A stretch of 59,156 nt of DNA, from the NCBI GenBank assembly GCA_011052365.1, contig DRJC01000200.1, positions 1 through 59,156 on the forward strand, written 5' to 3'. Position 1 is the first letter of the stretch. Every line of letters begins with the position of its first letter. The translations under genes and the position numbers were made by a program. Positions 6,929-15,553 of this stretch are shown here, one piece after another. This stretch comes from Ignavibacteria bacterium. Lineage in GTDB: Bacteria; Bacteroidota; Ignavibacteria; Ignavibacteriales; Ignavibacteriaceae. A model generated the notes under the pieces. It was given only the letters and a program-made list of their open reading frames with translations. It was not told the DNA's origin and ran no database searches.

Positions 6929-8263
6929 ATGAATAATATTTATAAAACCAAAATTCAATTTATAGCTATTGCTGCTCTTATACTATCTTTTATAATTCCA
7001 GAAGAAGCATCAGCCATACCAAGTTTCTCCCGCCAAACAAATCTGCCTTGCAGCACTTGTCACTACAAATTTCCCGAATTAAAACCTTTCGGCAGATTAT
7101 TTAAATTGAACGGTTATACAATGACAGGTGTAGCATCTATTAAATCAGCCAATAATGACAAAATAAATCTCCAACTCTTAAAATCACTACCAATTTCGGT
7201 AAGTTTTCAAACATCATATACTTCAGTAGCTTCAAAAGTTCCTGACAATCAGAACAACACGTTTGAATTTCCACAAGAATTAGGTATCTATTTTGCAGGA
7301 GAAATTACTCCTCATATTGGTGCTTTTATTCAAATTAGTTATGAAGATCAAGAAGGTTCAATTGGATTAGATATGACGGATATTCGTTACGCTAATCATA
7401 CATCTATTGACAATAAAGATTTATTATACGGAGTTAGTTTAAACAACTCACCAACAATGCAAGACGTTTGGGGTACCGTACCAATGTGGTCTTATCCATT
7501 TGTTGGTTCAGGCACAGCTCCTACACCAATGATCAGCACCATGTTAGAGTCTATGATGAACGTATTGGGTTTTGGAACGTATGTGTTGTATGACAACTTC
7601 ATATACGCTGAAGTAAGTGCTTATCGTTCTGTTGTACAGGGAGGACCTATACCTCCAAATGCATCTTCGTCTAATACAATCAGTGCCCTTGCACCATATT
7701 GGAGATTAGCGTTACAGCATCAATGGGAAAATCAATATATTGAAGTTGGAACATACGGAATGGCTCCACAGATTTTTCCTAGTGGGATTACAGGAAAAAA
7801 AGATAATTATACAGACTTCGCATTAGATGCACAATATGAGAACTCGTTCAATAACGGTAGTCTAATAACACATTTTAATTACATATATGAAAAACGGAAT
7901 TTAAATGCCACTTATGCTTCCGGTGGTTCGGCTAGCTTATCAAATACTCTTAATTCTCTAAAAGTTGATGCGGGTTATAACTCTAATGCGGGTTACTCAT
8001 TTACTGTTGGGTACTTCAATATAAATGGAGATGCCGATAACAAATTATACGCACCTGCCCAGGTGGAAGGAAGCGTTAGCGGTTCGCCGAACAGTAACGG
8101 ATTTACATTGCAGGCAACTTTAGCCCCTTGGCTTAATACTCAATTCTCATTGCAATATGTATTGTATAATAAATTTAACGGTTCAAGCGATAATTACGAT
8201 GGGAACGGAAGAAATGCATCCGATAATAATACTTTGTATGCAAATGTATGGCTTATGTTCTAA
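6929..8263 (+). CDS. Fused monoheme cytochrome-porin (Cyc2-like architecture)
   Basis: Signal peptide (…EEASA), then IPSFSRQTNLPCSTCHYKFPELKPFGRLFKLNGYTMTG with a single CxxCH at residues ~41-45. About 390 aa of Gly/Tyr/Asn/Ser-rich beta-strand-like sequence follows, ending ...NVWLMF (terminal Phe). Confidence 0.65.
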   Translation: MNNIYKTKIQFIAIAALILSFIIPEEASAIPSFSRQTNLPCSTCHYKFPELKPFGRLFKLNGYTMTGVASIKSANNDKINLQLLKSLPISVSFQTSYTSVASKVPDNQNNTFEFPQELGIYFAGEITPHIGAFIQISYEDQEGSIGLDMTDIRYANHTSIDNKDLLYGVSLNNSPTMQDVWGTVPMWSYPFVGSGTAPTPMISTMLESMMNVLGFGTYVLYDNFIYAEVSAYRSVVQGGPIPPNASSSNTISALAPYWRLALQHQWENQYIEVGTYGMAPQIFPSGITGKKDNYTDFALDAQYENSFNNGSLITHFNYIYEKRNLNATYASGGSASLSNTLNSLKVDAGYNSNAGYSFTVGYFNINGDADNKLYAPAQVEGSVSGSPNSNGFTLQATLAPWLNTQFSLQYVLYNKFNGSSDNYDGNGRNASDNNTLYANVWLMF

Positions 8264-8351
8264 TATTAAATTTATCGTCTGAATTTTTATTATCAAATGA
8301 TAATAAAGTTTTTAAAAGCGATTTATTAACAAGAACTTAAATTTCAATTCT

Positions 8352-8382
8352 AAAACGACCGGATTTTTTCGGTCGTTTTTTT
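8352..8382. terminator. Bidirectional hairpin terminator between convergent genes
   Basis: AAAACGACCG-gatttttt-CGGTCGTTTT, with A-run and T-run on either side. Confidence 0.65.
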
Positions 8383-9577
8383 ATGTCTGATTTTTAGCCA
8401 CTTGTAGTATTTTAGGCAGATAATAAAGACTTAAAATAAAAATGATTGCTGTAAATGCAGCACCGGTTAAGAAAGGATATTGATAACCGATATATTCAAA
8501 AGCAAAGCCGCCCCACAAAGGACCCAATACTCTTGCAAACGCTGAGAAAGATTGGTTGACACCGAGGGTAAATCCCTGTTCGCTTTCGGACGTGTTCTTA
8601 GATATCAGGCTTAACATTGTCGGTTGAAGACTTCCACTACCCAAAGCAAGTATAATCGTTACAAAAATAAGTCCGGTCATGTTACCGGCATACGGTACCA
8701 TTGCAAGACCAAGCATCATAAGAAATGATCCGGCGACAATAATCTTTTTATCATCCATATATTTTGATATAACACGCAGCAGTCCACCTTGAACTATAGC
8801 TGAAACAATACCGATAATACCGAACATAATACCGTTTTGCATATCGGTAAAGTGATATTTTTTATAACCGATTAATGCAAATGTTCCGTATATGTTTGCG
8901 ATTGAGAAAACAAGAATAAAAAACATTATAATAAGTGATGCTAATTTATTGTTTCTAAACAATAATTTTACGGCAGGTATGTCAATTAATTTTCTTGTCT
9001 TAATCCTAATTCCATCTTTAATTTTTTTCAAAGATTCGGGTAAGAAAAAGATAGTAAATAAGAAGGCAATAAATGAAAAAGCAGCACTTGCAAACCCTGT
9101 TACCTCATATCCGTATTTTGAAAGGAATCCTCCTATAATTGGTCCGAATACAAATCCCAAACCAAAAGCAGCTCCAATCATACCCATTCCTTTGGAGCGA
9201 TCTTCTTTTGATGTAACATCAGCTATATATGCTTGAGCAACGGCAACACTACTGCCACCAATTCCGGCAACTATACGCGATACTAACAGCAGCAAAAAAG
9301 AATTTGTAAATGCAAAAATTATATAACCGACGGCATTTAGAAACAGACAACCTATAATTATAGGACGCCTTCCTACTCTGTCCGAAAGGTTACCAAGGAT
9401 AGGACCTAAAAGAAATTGAGTAAGCGAATAAACCGCAAGTACAATTCCGATTGAGAATTCGCTTAAGTTTAATTTGATAGTGGCAAAGGTTGGTAAAATG
9501 GGTATAAGAATACCGAAACCTAAGAGGTCTATAAAAACCGTAATAAATATTAATGAAAGTGAAGCTTTTCTGTTCAA
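8381..9577 (-). CDS. MFS transporter (12-TM, TetA/drug-H+ antiporter-like)
   Basis: Hydrophobic throughout. MFS motif A-like GNLSDRVGRRP between TM2 and TM3. TTG start codon. Confidence 0.85.
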   Translation of the reverse strand: MNRKASLSLIFITVFIDLLGFGILIPILPTFATIKLNLSEFSIGIVLAVYSLTQFLLGPILGNLSDRVGRRPIIIGCLFLNAVGYIIFAFTNSFLLLLVSRIVAGIGGSSVAVAQAYIADVTSKEDRSKGMGMIGAAFGLGFVFGPIIGGFLSKYGYEVTGFASAAFSFIAFLFTIFFLPESLKKIKDGIRIKTRKLIDIPAVKLLFRNNKLASLIIMFFILVFSIANIYGTFALIGYKKYHFTDMQNGIMFGIIGIVSAIVQGGLLRVISKYMDDKKIIVAGSFLMMLGLAMVPYAGNMTGLIFVTIILALGSGSLQPTMLSLISKNTSESEQGFTLGVNQSFSAFARVLGPLWGGFAFEYIGYQYPFLTGAAFTAIIFILSLYYLPKILQVAKNQT

Positions 9578-9702
9578 CTTATTTCTCTAGTAACCAAACT
9601 TTTTCGCAGTATTAGTTTGAATTGTGTTTTCTAAATAAGAATTCATATTAAAAAATTTTAGCCATAAAGATACAAATATATTTCCAAATATTGGATATGT
9701 TG

Positions 9703-10836
9703 TTACTTGTCTATAACCGGTAAGTCGCTGTAAGATTTTAATTTTTCGTTGGTATCTTCAAAAGATTGAAGCATTTCCTTAAAAGTAGAATCGTTAAAAA
9801 ATTGATAAATTGGAGAAGTGTAATAATATGTGGAAGGAATAATTACAAATTCATTTTTATACTTGGTTTTTCCTTTAAAAACATAGGTCGGTAAATAATC
9901 AATATTTGAAACTATAGACTTTCCGCTCTTAAAATCTTTTTTAATCTTAATAGTAAGAATTACTCCCCCGTTTGAATAACGCCACCTCTGATTTGATATA
10001 AAATTGCCTAAAGAATAAGCAACAAATGTACGTCTATCTTTTTTGTCAATAAATTTTATTGGTTGAACAACGTGCGGATGCGAACCAATGATTATATCCG
10101 CTCCATAATTTAATGTCGAGTCTACTACTTCTTTCTGATATTTACTTGGTTCTCTCTTGTATTCTTTACCAAAATGATAATATACAATGATCATATCCGC
10201 ATCTTTCTCTTTTGATTTTTGAATATCATTTTTAATTTTTTTAAAGTTTATTCTGTTGATTAGGTATTCTTTACCTTTGGGAATTCTATTTCCATTAGTT
10301 CCGTAGGTATAACTCAAGATTGATAATTTGATTCCGTTTATATCAATTATTTTTACAGAGTCTCTTTCTGCTTTTGTTAATGATGTACCGCTGTAAAGCA
10401 TATTGTTTTTCTTAATCTGTTCAATAGTTCTTCTTAAACCGTATTCTCCCTTATCTAAGGAATGATTATTCGCCGTTATTAATAAATCAAAACCGGTGTA
10501 TTTTAAGGCAGTTAAATATTCATCAGGTGAATTAAATAAAGGATATCCGCTGTAATTTATGGAATCACCTCCCAACACTGTTTCAAGGTTTCCAACTGTT
10601 AAATCCGCTTGACTCAAATAATCTTTAACATACCTGTAAACCGGCTTAAAATTATAAGTTGAATCTTTTAGCATAGCATATTTTAATTGAGTAGAATGAC
10701 CCATTAAATCACCGACAAATGTGATTGTTGCCGTTGTTGTTGAATCAAGTAATAAAATATTAGATTTGATTTTATTAGCTTTAGTTGTAAAACTAAAGAC
10801 TAATATGAATATGAATATAGTTTGTATTTTATTCAT
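9703..10836 (-). CDS. CapA/PGA_cap family metallophosphatase-like protein (poly-gamma-glutamate capsule synthesis family)
   Basis: FVGDLMGHS, GNLETVL, ANNHSLDKGEYG, GADIIIGSHPHVVQP, YSLGNFISNQ. Start placed at ATG 10836, which gives a clean signal peptide MNKIQTIFIFILVF; the ORF track TTG at 10869 is also possible. Confidence 0.8.
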   Translation of the reverse strand: MNKIQTIFIFILVFSFTTKANKIKSNILLLDSTTTATITFVGDLMGHSTQLKYAMLKDSTYNFKPVYRYVKDYLSQADLTVGNLETVLGGDSINYSGYPLFNSPDEYLTALKYTGFDLLITANNHSLDKGEYGLRRTIEQIKKNNMLYSGTSLTKAERDSVKIIDINGIKLSILSYTYGTNGNRIPKGKEYLINRINFKKIKNDIQKSKEKDADMIIVYYHFGKEYKREPSKYQKEVVDSTLNYGADIIIGSHPHVVQPIKFIDKKDRRTFVAYSLGNFISNQRWRYSNGGVILTIKIKKDFKSGKSIVSNIDYLPTYVFKGKTKYKNEFVIIPSTYYYTSPIYQFFNDSTFKEMLQSFEDTNEKLKSYSDLPVIDK

Positions 10837-10905
10837 TGTGATTAAAAAAGGCTGAATTATCATTGACAACTCAGCCTAAATTAGTAAGAGTAAAACAAAT
10901 TTATT

Positions 10906-11094
10906 TTATTTATTTGCCTTTCTCTGTGCTTTTAACTCTTGTATACCCTTTCTTAGTTCTTGAGCATCTTTCCTTAATTGGCTCAAGCCTTTTCTTAAAC
11001 GAGTACCTGCAGCAGCTTGTCCCTTAACATAGAATTTCTCAAAATCATTTTCCATATTATGAACAGACTGTAAAAGGTCTTCATATTGTTGCAT
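10906..11094 (-). CDS. Histone H1-like (Hc1-type) small basic nucleoid protein
   Basis: 62 aa. KGQAAAGTRLRKGLSQLRKDAQELRKGIQELK matches my memory of the Bacteroidetes/Chlamydia histone H1-like family. Confidence 0.6.
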   Translation of the reverse strand: MQQYEDLLQSVHNMENDFEKFYVKGQAAAGTRLRKGLSQLRKDAQELRKGIQELKAQRKANK

Positions 11095-11125
11095 ATTACA
11101 CCTCTGAATTAGTTAGAAAAAAAAG

Positions 11126-13132
11126 TTATTTAGTGTTTTCCAATATTATTTCAGCTATATCTTTTACTTTAACTTCTTCTGACTTTTCAAAATGTTTAAC
11201 ACCGTCTGTAATCATTGTCATGCAAAAAGGACAAGCAGATGCAATAGTATCAGCACCGGTTGCCAAGGCTTCTTTTGTCCTTTCAATGTTGATTCTTCCT
11301 CCTTCCTCATCTTCAAGAAACATCCTTCCACCGCCTGCACCACAGCAAAATCCACGTGTTTTGTTCCTTTTCATTTCAATATAATTGATTTTTTCGACTT
11401 TTCCCAATGAATTTCGAGGAGAATCAAAAATATTATTATATCTGCCTAAGTAGCAAGAATCGTGATAAGTAACATCCATAGCTGTTTCATCCACATTATC
11501 ACTCAATTCCAATTTACCTTCATTCAGCATTTCTTCAATTAATTCAGTGTGGTGAAGCACCTCAAAGTTTCCGCCGAACTGTTTATATTCATTTTTTAGC
11601 GAATGAAAACAATGCGGGCAAGCAGTAACTATCTTTTTAACGTTATAACCATTCAGCTTTTCTATGTTGTCCTTCATCAAAGTTTGGGCAAGATATTCGT
11701 TACCCAATCTTCTTGCAGTATCACCGTTACATTTTTCTTCAGTTCCTAAAATTCTAAAATCAATATTACCCTTCTGCATCAGTTTGGCAAAAGCTTTTGT
11801 AACCTTTTGATAGCGTGCATCAAAAGAACCTGCACAACCCACCCAAAATAGAATCTCACCATCCGAATCTTGAGCCATAGTTTTTATGTCCATTCCTTCC
11901 GCCCAGTTGGCTCTGTCAGCAGAGTTAAAAGCCCAGGGTGTATAGTTTGTTTCAAGGCTTTTAAATACATTATTTAAATTTGATGGAAATTGAGCTTCAG
12001 TAAGTACAAGGTCTCTTCTCATATCAACTATAGAATCAACGTGCTCAATCATAACCGGACACTCTTGTACACACGCCATACAAGTTGTACACTGCCAAAG
12101 ATTTAAATCGGGTATATAATCGTGTACCAACGTTTTGCTCATCACCTCTTCATTCTCAATTCCGTTAGCGAGCAAATGGGCTTTATCCTTTGTACGTTTT
12201 CTTATTTGCACTATTACTTCTCTCGGTGAAAGCGATTTACCAACAGTAGCAGCCGGACAAACAGATTCACATCTTCCGCATTCCGTGCAGGAATATCCAT
12301 CCAGAATTTGTTTCCAGGAAAGATGTTCAATGTCTGCTACGCCAAAAGTTTCCAGATTTTCATCTTCTAAATCTATAGGTTTTAGAGTATTTCTAACATC
12401 GCTTAAATTGGAAAAGAAAGTATTCGGAATTGAAGTTAACACGTGTAAGTGTTTTGAATATGGTAAATAATTTAAAAAACCTAAAACTACTACTATGTGC
12501 ATCCACCAAAAAACTTCGTGAGCCGTACCTGCAGCTCCTATATTGCCTGAGTATATTAGCTTACTCAACGGCAATGCAATAAAATTCATTTGGTTGGGAA
12601 GAAGGTTAAAATTATTTTGGGCAATTAATGCCGTACTTTGCCCGAACATTGAAAGTACAACGAGAAAAATTAATGAAAGAATAAGTAAGGCATCAAGTTT
12701 ACCGGCTTTACCCACTTCCAGCCTTGGTACTTTAATAACTACTCTCCTGTATATTGCAACAAGTACAGCAAGCATTACAAGAGCACCAAAAATATCTTCT
12801 ATAAAAGTTACAAGGCTGTAGAAAAAGCCGGTCGATTCATAGTTAAACGACGGAAAGAAACCCTGGATTAATGCTTCGACAACGGCAAAAAGGAAGAGTA
12901 AAAAACCCCAAAATATAAGTGAATGCAAAATTCCTGCTAACCGGAAACGGAATAATTTTTTTTGACCTATCGCATATTTTAATACATTAAGTAACCTTGT
13001 TCCGATTTTGTTTAATCTGTTATCTGCTTTTTTTGCAACGAACATATAGCGGATTAAATTTCTGGAGCTATAAAAGAAAAATCCGAATGCTAAAATAAAT
13101 ATGATTAAAAAAACTATGTTCTTTGTGTCCAT
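11126..13132 (-). CDS. Membrane-bound (Fe-S) oxidoreductase: NarI/DsrM-like heme-b membrane domain fused to an HdrD/DsrK/GlpC-like 2x[4Fe-4S] + CCG domain
   Basis: About 5-6 N-terminal TM helices with conserved His. Ferredoxin motifs CTECGRCESVCP and CTTCMACVQECP. Two Cys-rich CCG-type regions (…VGCAGSF…, …FCCGAGGG…CPFC). Confidence 0.8.
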   Translation of the reverse strand: MDTKNIVFLIIFILAFGFFFYSSRNLIRYMFVAKKADNRLNKIGTRLLNVLKYAIGQKKLFRFRLAGILHSLIFWGFLLFLFAVVEALIQGFFPSFNYESTGFFYSLVTFIEDIFGALVMLAVLVAIYRRVVIKVPRLEVGKAGKLDALLILSLIFLVVLSMFGQSTALIAQNNFNLLPNQMNFIALPLSKLIYSGNIGAAGTAHEVFWWMHIVVVLGFLNYLPYSKHLHVLTSIPNTFFSNLSDVRNTLKPIDLEDENLETFGVADIEHLSWKQILDGYSCTECGRCESVCPAATVGKSLSPREVIVQIRKRTKDKAHLLANGIENEEVMSKTLVHDYIPDLNLWQCTTCMACVQECPVMIEHVDSIVDMRRDLVLTEAQFPSNLNNVFKSLETNYTPWAFNSADRANWAEGMDIKTMAQDSDGEILFWVGCAGSFDARYQKVTKAFAKLMQKGNIDFRILGTEEKCNGDTARRLGNEYLAQTLMKDNIEKLNGYNVKKIVTACPHCFHSLKNEYKQFGGNFEVLHHTELIEEMLNEGKLELSDNVDETAMDVTYHDSCYLGRYNNIFDSPRNSLGKVEKINYIEMKRNKTRGFCCGAGGGRMFLEDEEGGRINIERTKEALATGADTIASACPFCMTMITDGVKHFEKSEEVKVKDIAEIILENTK

Positions 13133-13147
13133 AATTTCCCCTGGAAT

Positions 13148-13744
13148 TTATGAGTTATTTACAGGTAACTTTTTGTATTTATTAGAAGTACTTGCAAATA
13201 ATGAAGCTGCAAGAAAAACTTTTATTACCATCCAGACCGAAAAGATAGCCGCTCCCAGTTTAATACCTTCTAATATTCCTCCTCTGAAAAATAATCCAAG
13301 ATATAAAGAACCGAATAAAAGGATAAATATATTTGCTGCAAACATAGAAAGTATTGTACTTAAGTATCCTTTGTTTTTTTCAATAAAATAACCGACAATA
13401 AATGCGGCTAAAGGAAACGATAGTAAATATCCGCCGGTGGGTCCAAATATTCTTGCTATTCCTATTAAACCGTCAGGTGTTTGAGCAAAAACAGGCAATC
13501 CGATAACTCCCATCGTTAAATATAGAATTTGACTTAACGCACCGTTCCTTGCGCCAAGGAAAGCACCTGCAAGCAAAACCATAAAAGTCTGCATTGTAAA
13601 CGGTACAGGTTGCACCGGTACTGCAATTTGCGCAGCGAAAGCTGTTAAAATAGAAAAAGATACTATCCAAAATAATTGAGATGCAAAAGCCGTTGATAGA
13701 TATCTTACAATTATGCTTTTATTTACATTTTCTGTTGCCGACAT
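13148..13744 (-). CDS. bioY: Biotin transporter S-component BioY
   Basis: VPVQPVPFTMQTFMVLLAGAFLG...GLPVFA...GPTGGYLLSFPLAAFIVG is typical of BioY. No bioMN adjacent. Confidence 0.85.
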   Translation of the reverse strand: MSATENVNKSIIVRYLSTAFASQLFWIVSFSILTAFAAQIAVPVQPVPFTMQTFMVLLAGAFLGARNGALSQILYLTMGVIGLPVFAQTPDGLIGIARIFGPTGGYLLSFPLAAFIVGYFIEKNKGYLSTILSMFAANIFILLFGSLYLGLFFRGGILEGIKLGAAIFSVWMVIKVFLAASLFASTSNKYKKLPVNNS

Positions 13745-13753
13745 ATTTATTCC

Positions 13754-14587
13754 TTAATTTAAATTACGTTTAAAAAATTCTGCTGTCTTATTTAATAAAG
13801 CATCAAATTTATTATTGCTTCCTTTAAATGGATGTTGAATATCAAAAGTGTGCCCGGTATTTTCAATTGGATAAAATTCAGTTAGACGTTTATCAGCCAA
13901 TTCAAACAACTTTTTTCCTTCATTAAAAGGAACTGCCAGATCCTGCTTTCCGTGTGCAATGAGTAGAGGTTTGTTTAATTCACGAACTGCTTTTTCAATA
14001 TTTAAGCTGTCATTACTATTTTGTTCAACGTCTTCTAATAAAGATACATTCAATTTCATTACTTGTTTTGTCCTTGTATTCAAAACTTCAAAAACACCCT
14101 TCTCTCTCCACTTTTCTTTTTGCTTCTCCGAATATCTATCCAGCCTTGAAACAGCCGACCATGTTGTAACTGCGTTTACAGACTCATTTTTACTTGCCGT
14201 TAATAATGAAATTGCGCCACCTCTGCTGTGCCCTATTAAACCTATCTTTTTATTTTCTACTACGCAAAAATCTCCCTTTAAGTAAGCAGTTATAATTTCA
14301 TTTAATTCATCTATTTCTAATGAAAAAGTGTTATCGGCAAATTTATCAAGTTCAGTAAATTCCATTAAATTATCACCAACACCATTATGAGAAAAATTAA
14401 AAGTGATAACAAAAAAACCTTTCTTTGCTAAGTATTCACCGGTATAAGGACAGAATCCCCAATCTTTAAATCCCTTAAAACCGTGAACCAAAATAAGGCA
14501 AGGAACCGTACATGCATTTTCAAAACCATAGGTAGTTATTCTAAGTTTTTCGTTTCGCGAAGTGATAAGTATAAAATCTTTACTCAT
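13754..14587 (-). CDS. Alpha/beta hydrolase fold protein
   Basis: HG oxyanion region (LILVHGFKG), nucleophile elbow GHSRGG, C-terminal His (NTGHTF). Confidence 0.75.
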   Translation of the reverse strand: MSKDFILITSRNEKLRITTYGFENACTVPCLILVHGFKGFKDWGFCPYTGEYLAKKGFFVITFNFSHNGVGDNLMEFTELDKFADNTFSLEIDELNEIITAYLKGDFCVVENKKIGLIGHSRGGAISLLTASKNESVNAVTTWSAVSRLDRYSEKQKEKWREKGVFEVLNTRTKQVMKLNVSLLEDVEQNSNDSLNIEKAVRELNKPLLIAHGKQDLAVPFNEGKKLFELADKRLTEFYPIENTGHTFDIQHPFKGSNNKFDALLNKTAEFFKRNLN

Positions 14588-14727
14588 TAGACGGAAATAT
14601 GGTGATTATAGCCTAAAAAGTCAAGAATACGGTAGTAAAAGTGCAAAAAATAATTCACTAAAATGTGACCGTCTTTTCACCGTTTGGTATTATAAATTGA
14701 CATAAAAAATATTTTATGATATATTTC

Positions 14728-14747
14728 ATTTGAACGTTTGCTCAAAT
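14728..14747. promoter_or_regulatory. Candidate ArsR/SmtB-family operator
   Basis: ATTTGAACgtttGCTCAAAT is an imperfect inverted repeat containing TGAAC-N4-GCTCA, which resembles SmtB/CzrA/CadC-type operators. It lies 16 bp upstream of the regulator ATG. Confidence 0.4.
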
Positions 14748-14762
14748 ATTTAAAGGATAATA

Positions 14763-15122
14763 ATGCCTGAAGAAAAAGACCTAATATGTGAAACAACTTT
14801 TATTGATGAAAACAAAGTCAATAGAGTGAAAAAACAATTACCCGAAGAAGATATTCTGTTGGGATTATCTGAAATTTTTAAAGTCTTAGGTGATTCTACT
14901 CGATTAAAAATTTTATTATCGATTTCATATACTGAACTTTGTGTGTGTGATATCTCTGCTTTAATTGGAGTATCTGTTTCTGCAATATCACATCAATTAA
15001 GATTGTTGAAAAATTCACGTTTAGTTAAATACCGAAAAGAAGGTAAAATGGTTTATTATTCTTTAAAGGATGATCATATAAAAAGTATAGTGAATGAAGC
15101 AAGGAAACACGTTGAAGAATAA
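14763..15122 (+). CDS. cadC: ArsR/SmtB family metalloregulator, CadC-like
   Basis: ELCVCDISALIGVSVSAISHQLRLL carries the alpha3 thiolate site plus wHTH. There is an additional N-terminal Cys (LICE). It is followed by a P1B-2 ATPase. Confidence 0.8.
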   Translation: MPEEKDLICETTFIDENKVNRVKKQLPEEDILLGLSEIFKVLGDSTRLKILLSISYTELCVCDISALIGVSVSAISHQLRLLKNSRLVKYRKEGKMVYYSLKDDHIKSIVNEARKHVEE

Positions 15123-15197
15123 ATGGAAATACAAATCTCTATAAAATTACAGTATTAATAACCGAAGTGAAATCTCAACTTATAAAAGGATCATTAT

Positions 15198-15548
15198 ATG
15201 AAATATATTCCAAAACTTATTTTACCGCTTTTAATTATTACGATTATCGGAATAGTTTATTACAGTTACTTTAAACCGAATGATGAATTGGGAAATTTTA
15301 GCAAATTTAATACCGGTAGTGAAATTAATCAGAAAATTAACGTAGCAATAGTTAGAACTAAGATGATGCGAGAAGATGCAAATGGAATGATTATTTCTTT
15401 TGTTGCAAAAGATAAAAATAATGTAGAGGTGATTGTTAATATACGCGAACCGGCTCCTGAAAAAATTATGAATGCAAAGGTGATTGAACTTTTGGGACAT
15501 TTACACAAAGAGGGTTTCTCCGCTGTGAGAGCCACAATAATCAGGTAA
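15198..15548 (+). CDS. Small membrane-anchored protein of unknown function (tentatively CcmE-like OB-fold)
   Basis: One N-terminal TM helix followed by ~85 aa of beta-rich sequence. Sits between the regulator and the ATPase. No heme-binding His/Tyr tail seen. Confidence 0.35.
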   Translation: MKYIPKLILPLLIITIIGIVYYSYFKPNDELGNFSKFNTGSEINQKINVAIVRTKMMREDANGMIISFVAKDKNNVEVIVNIREPAPEKIMNAKVIELLGHLHKEGFSAVRATIIR

Positions 15549-15553
15549 GATAA

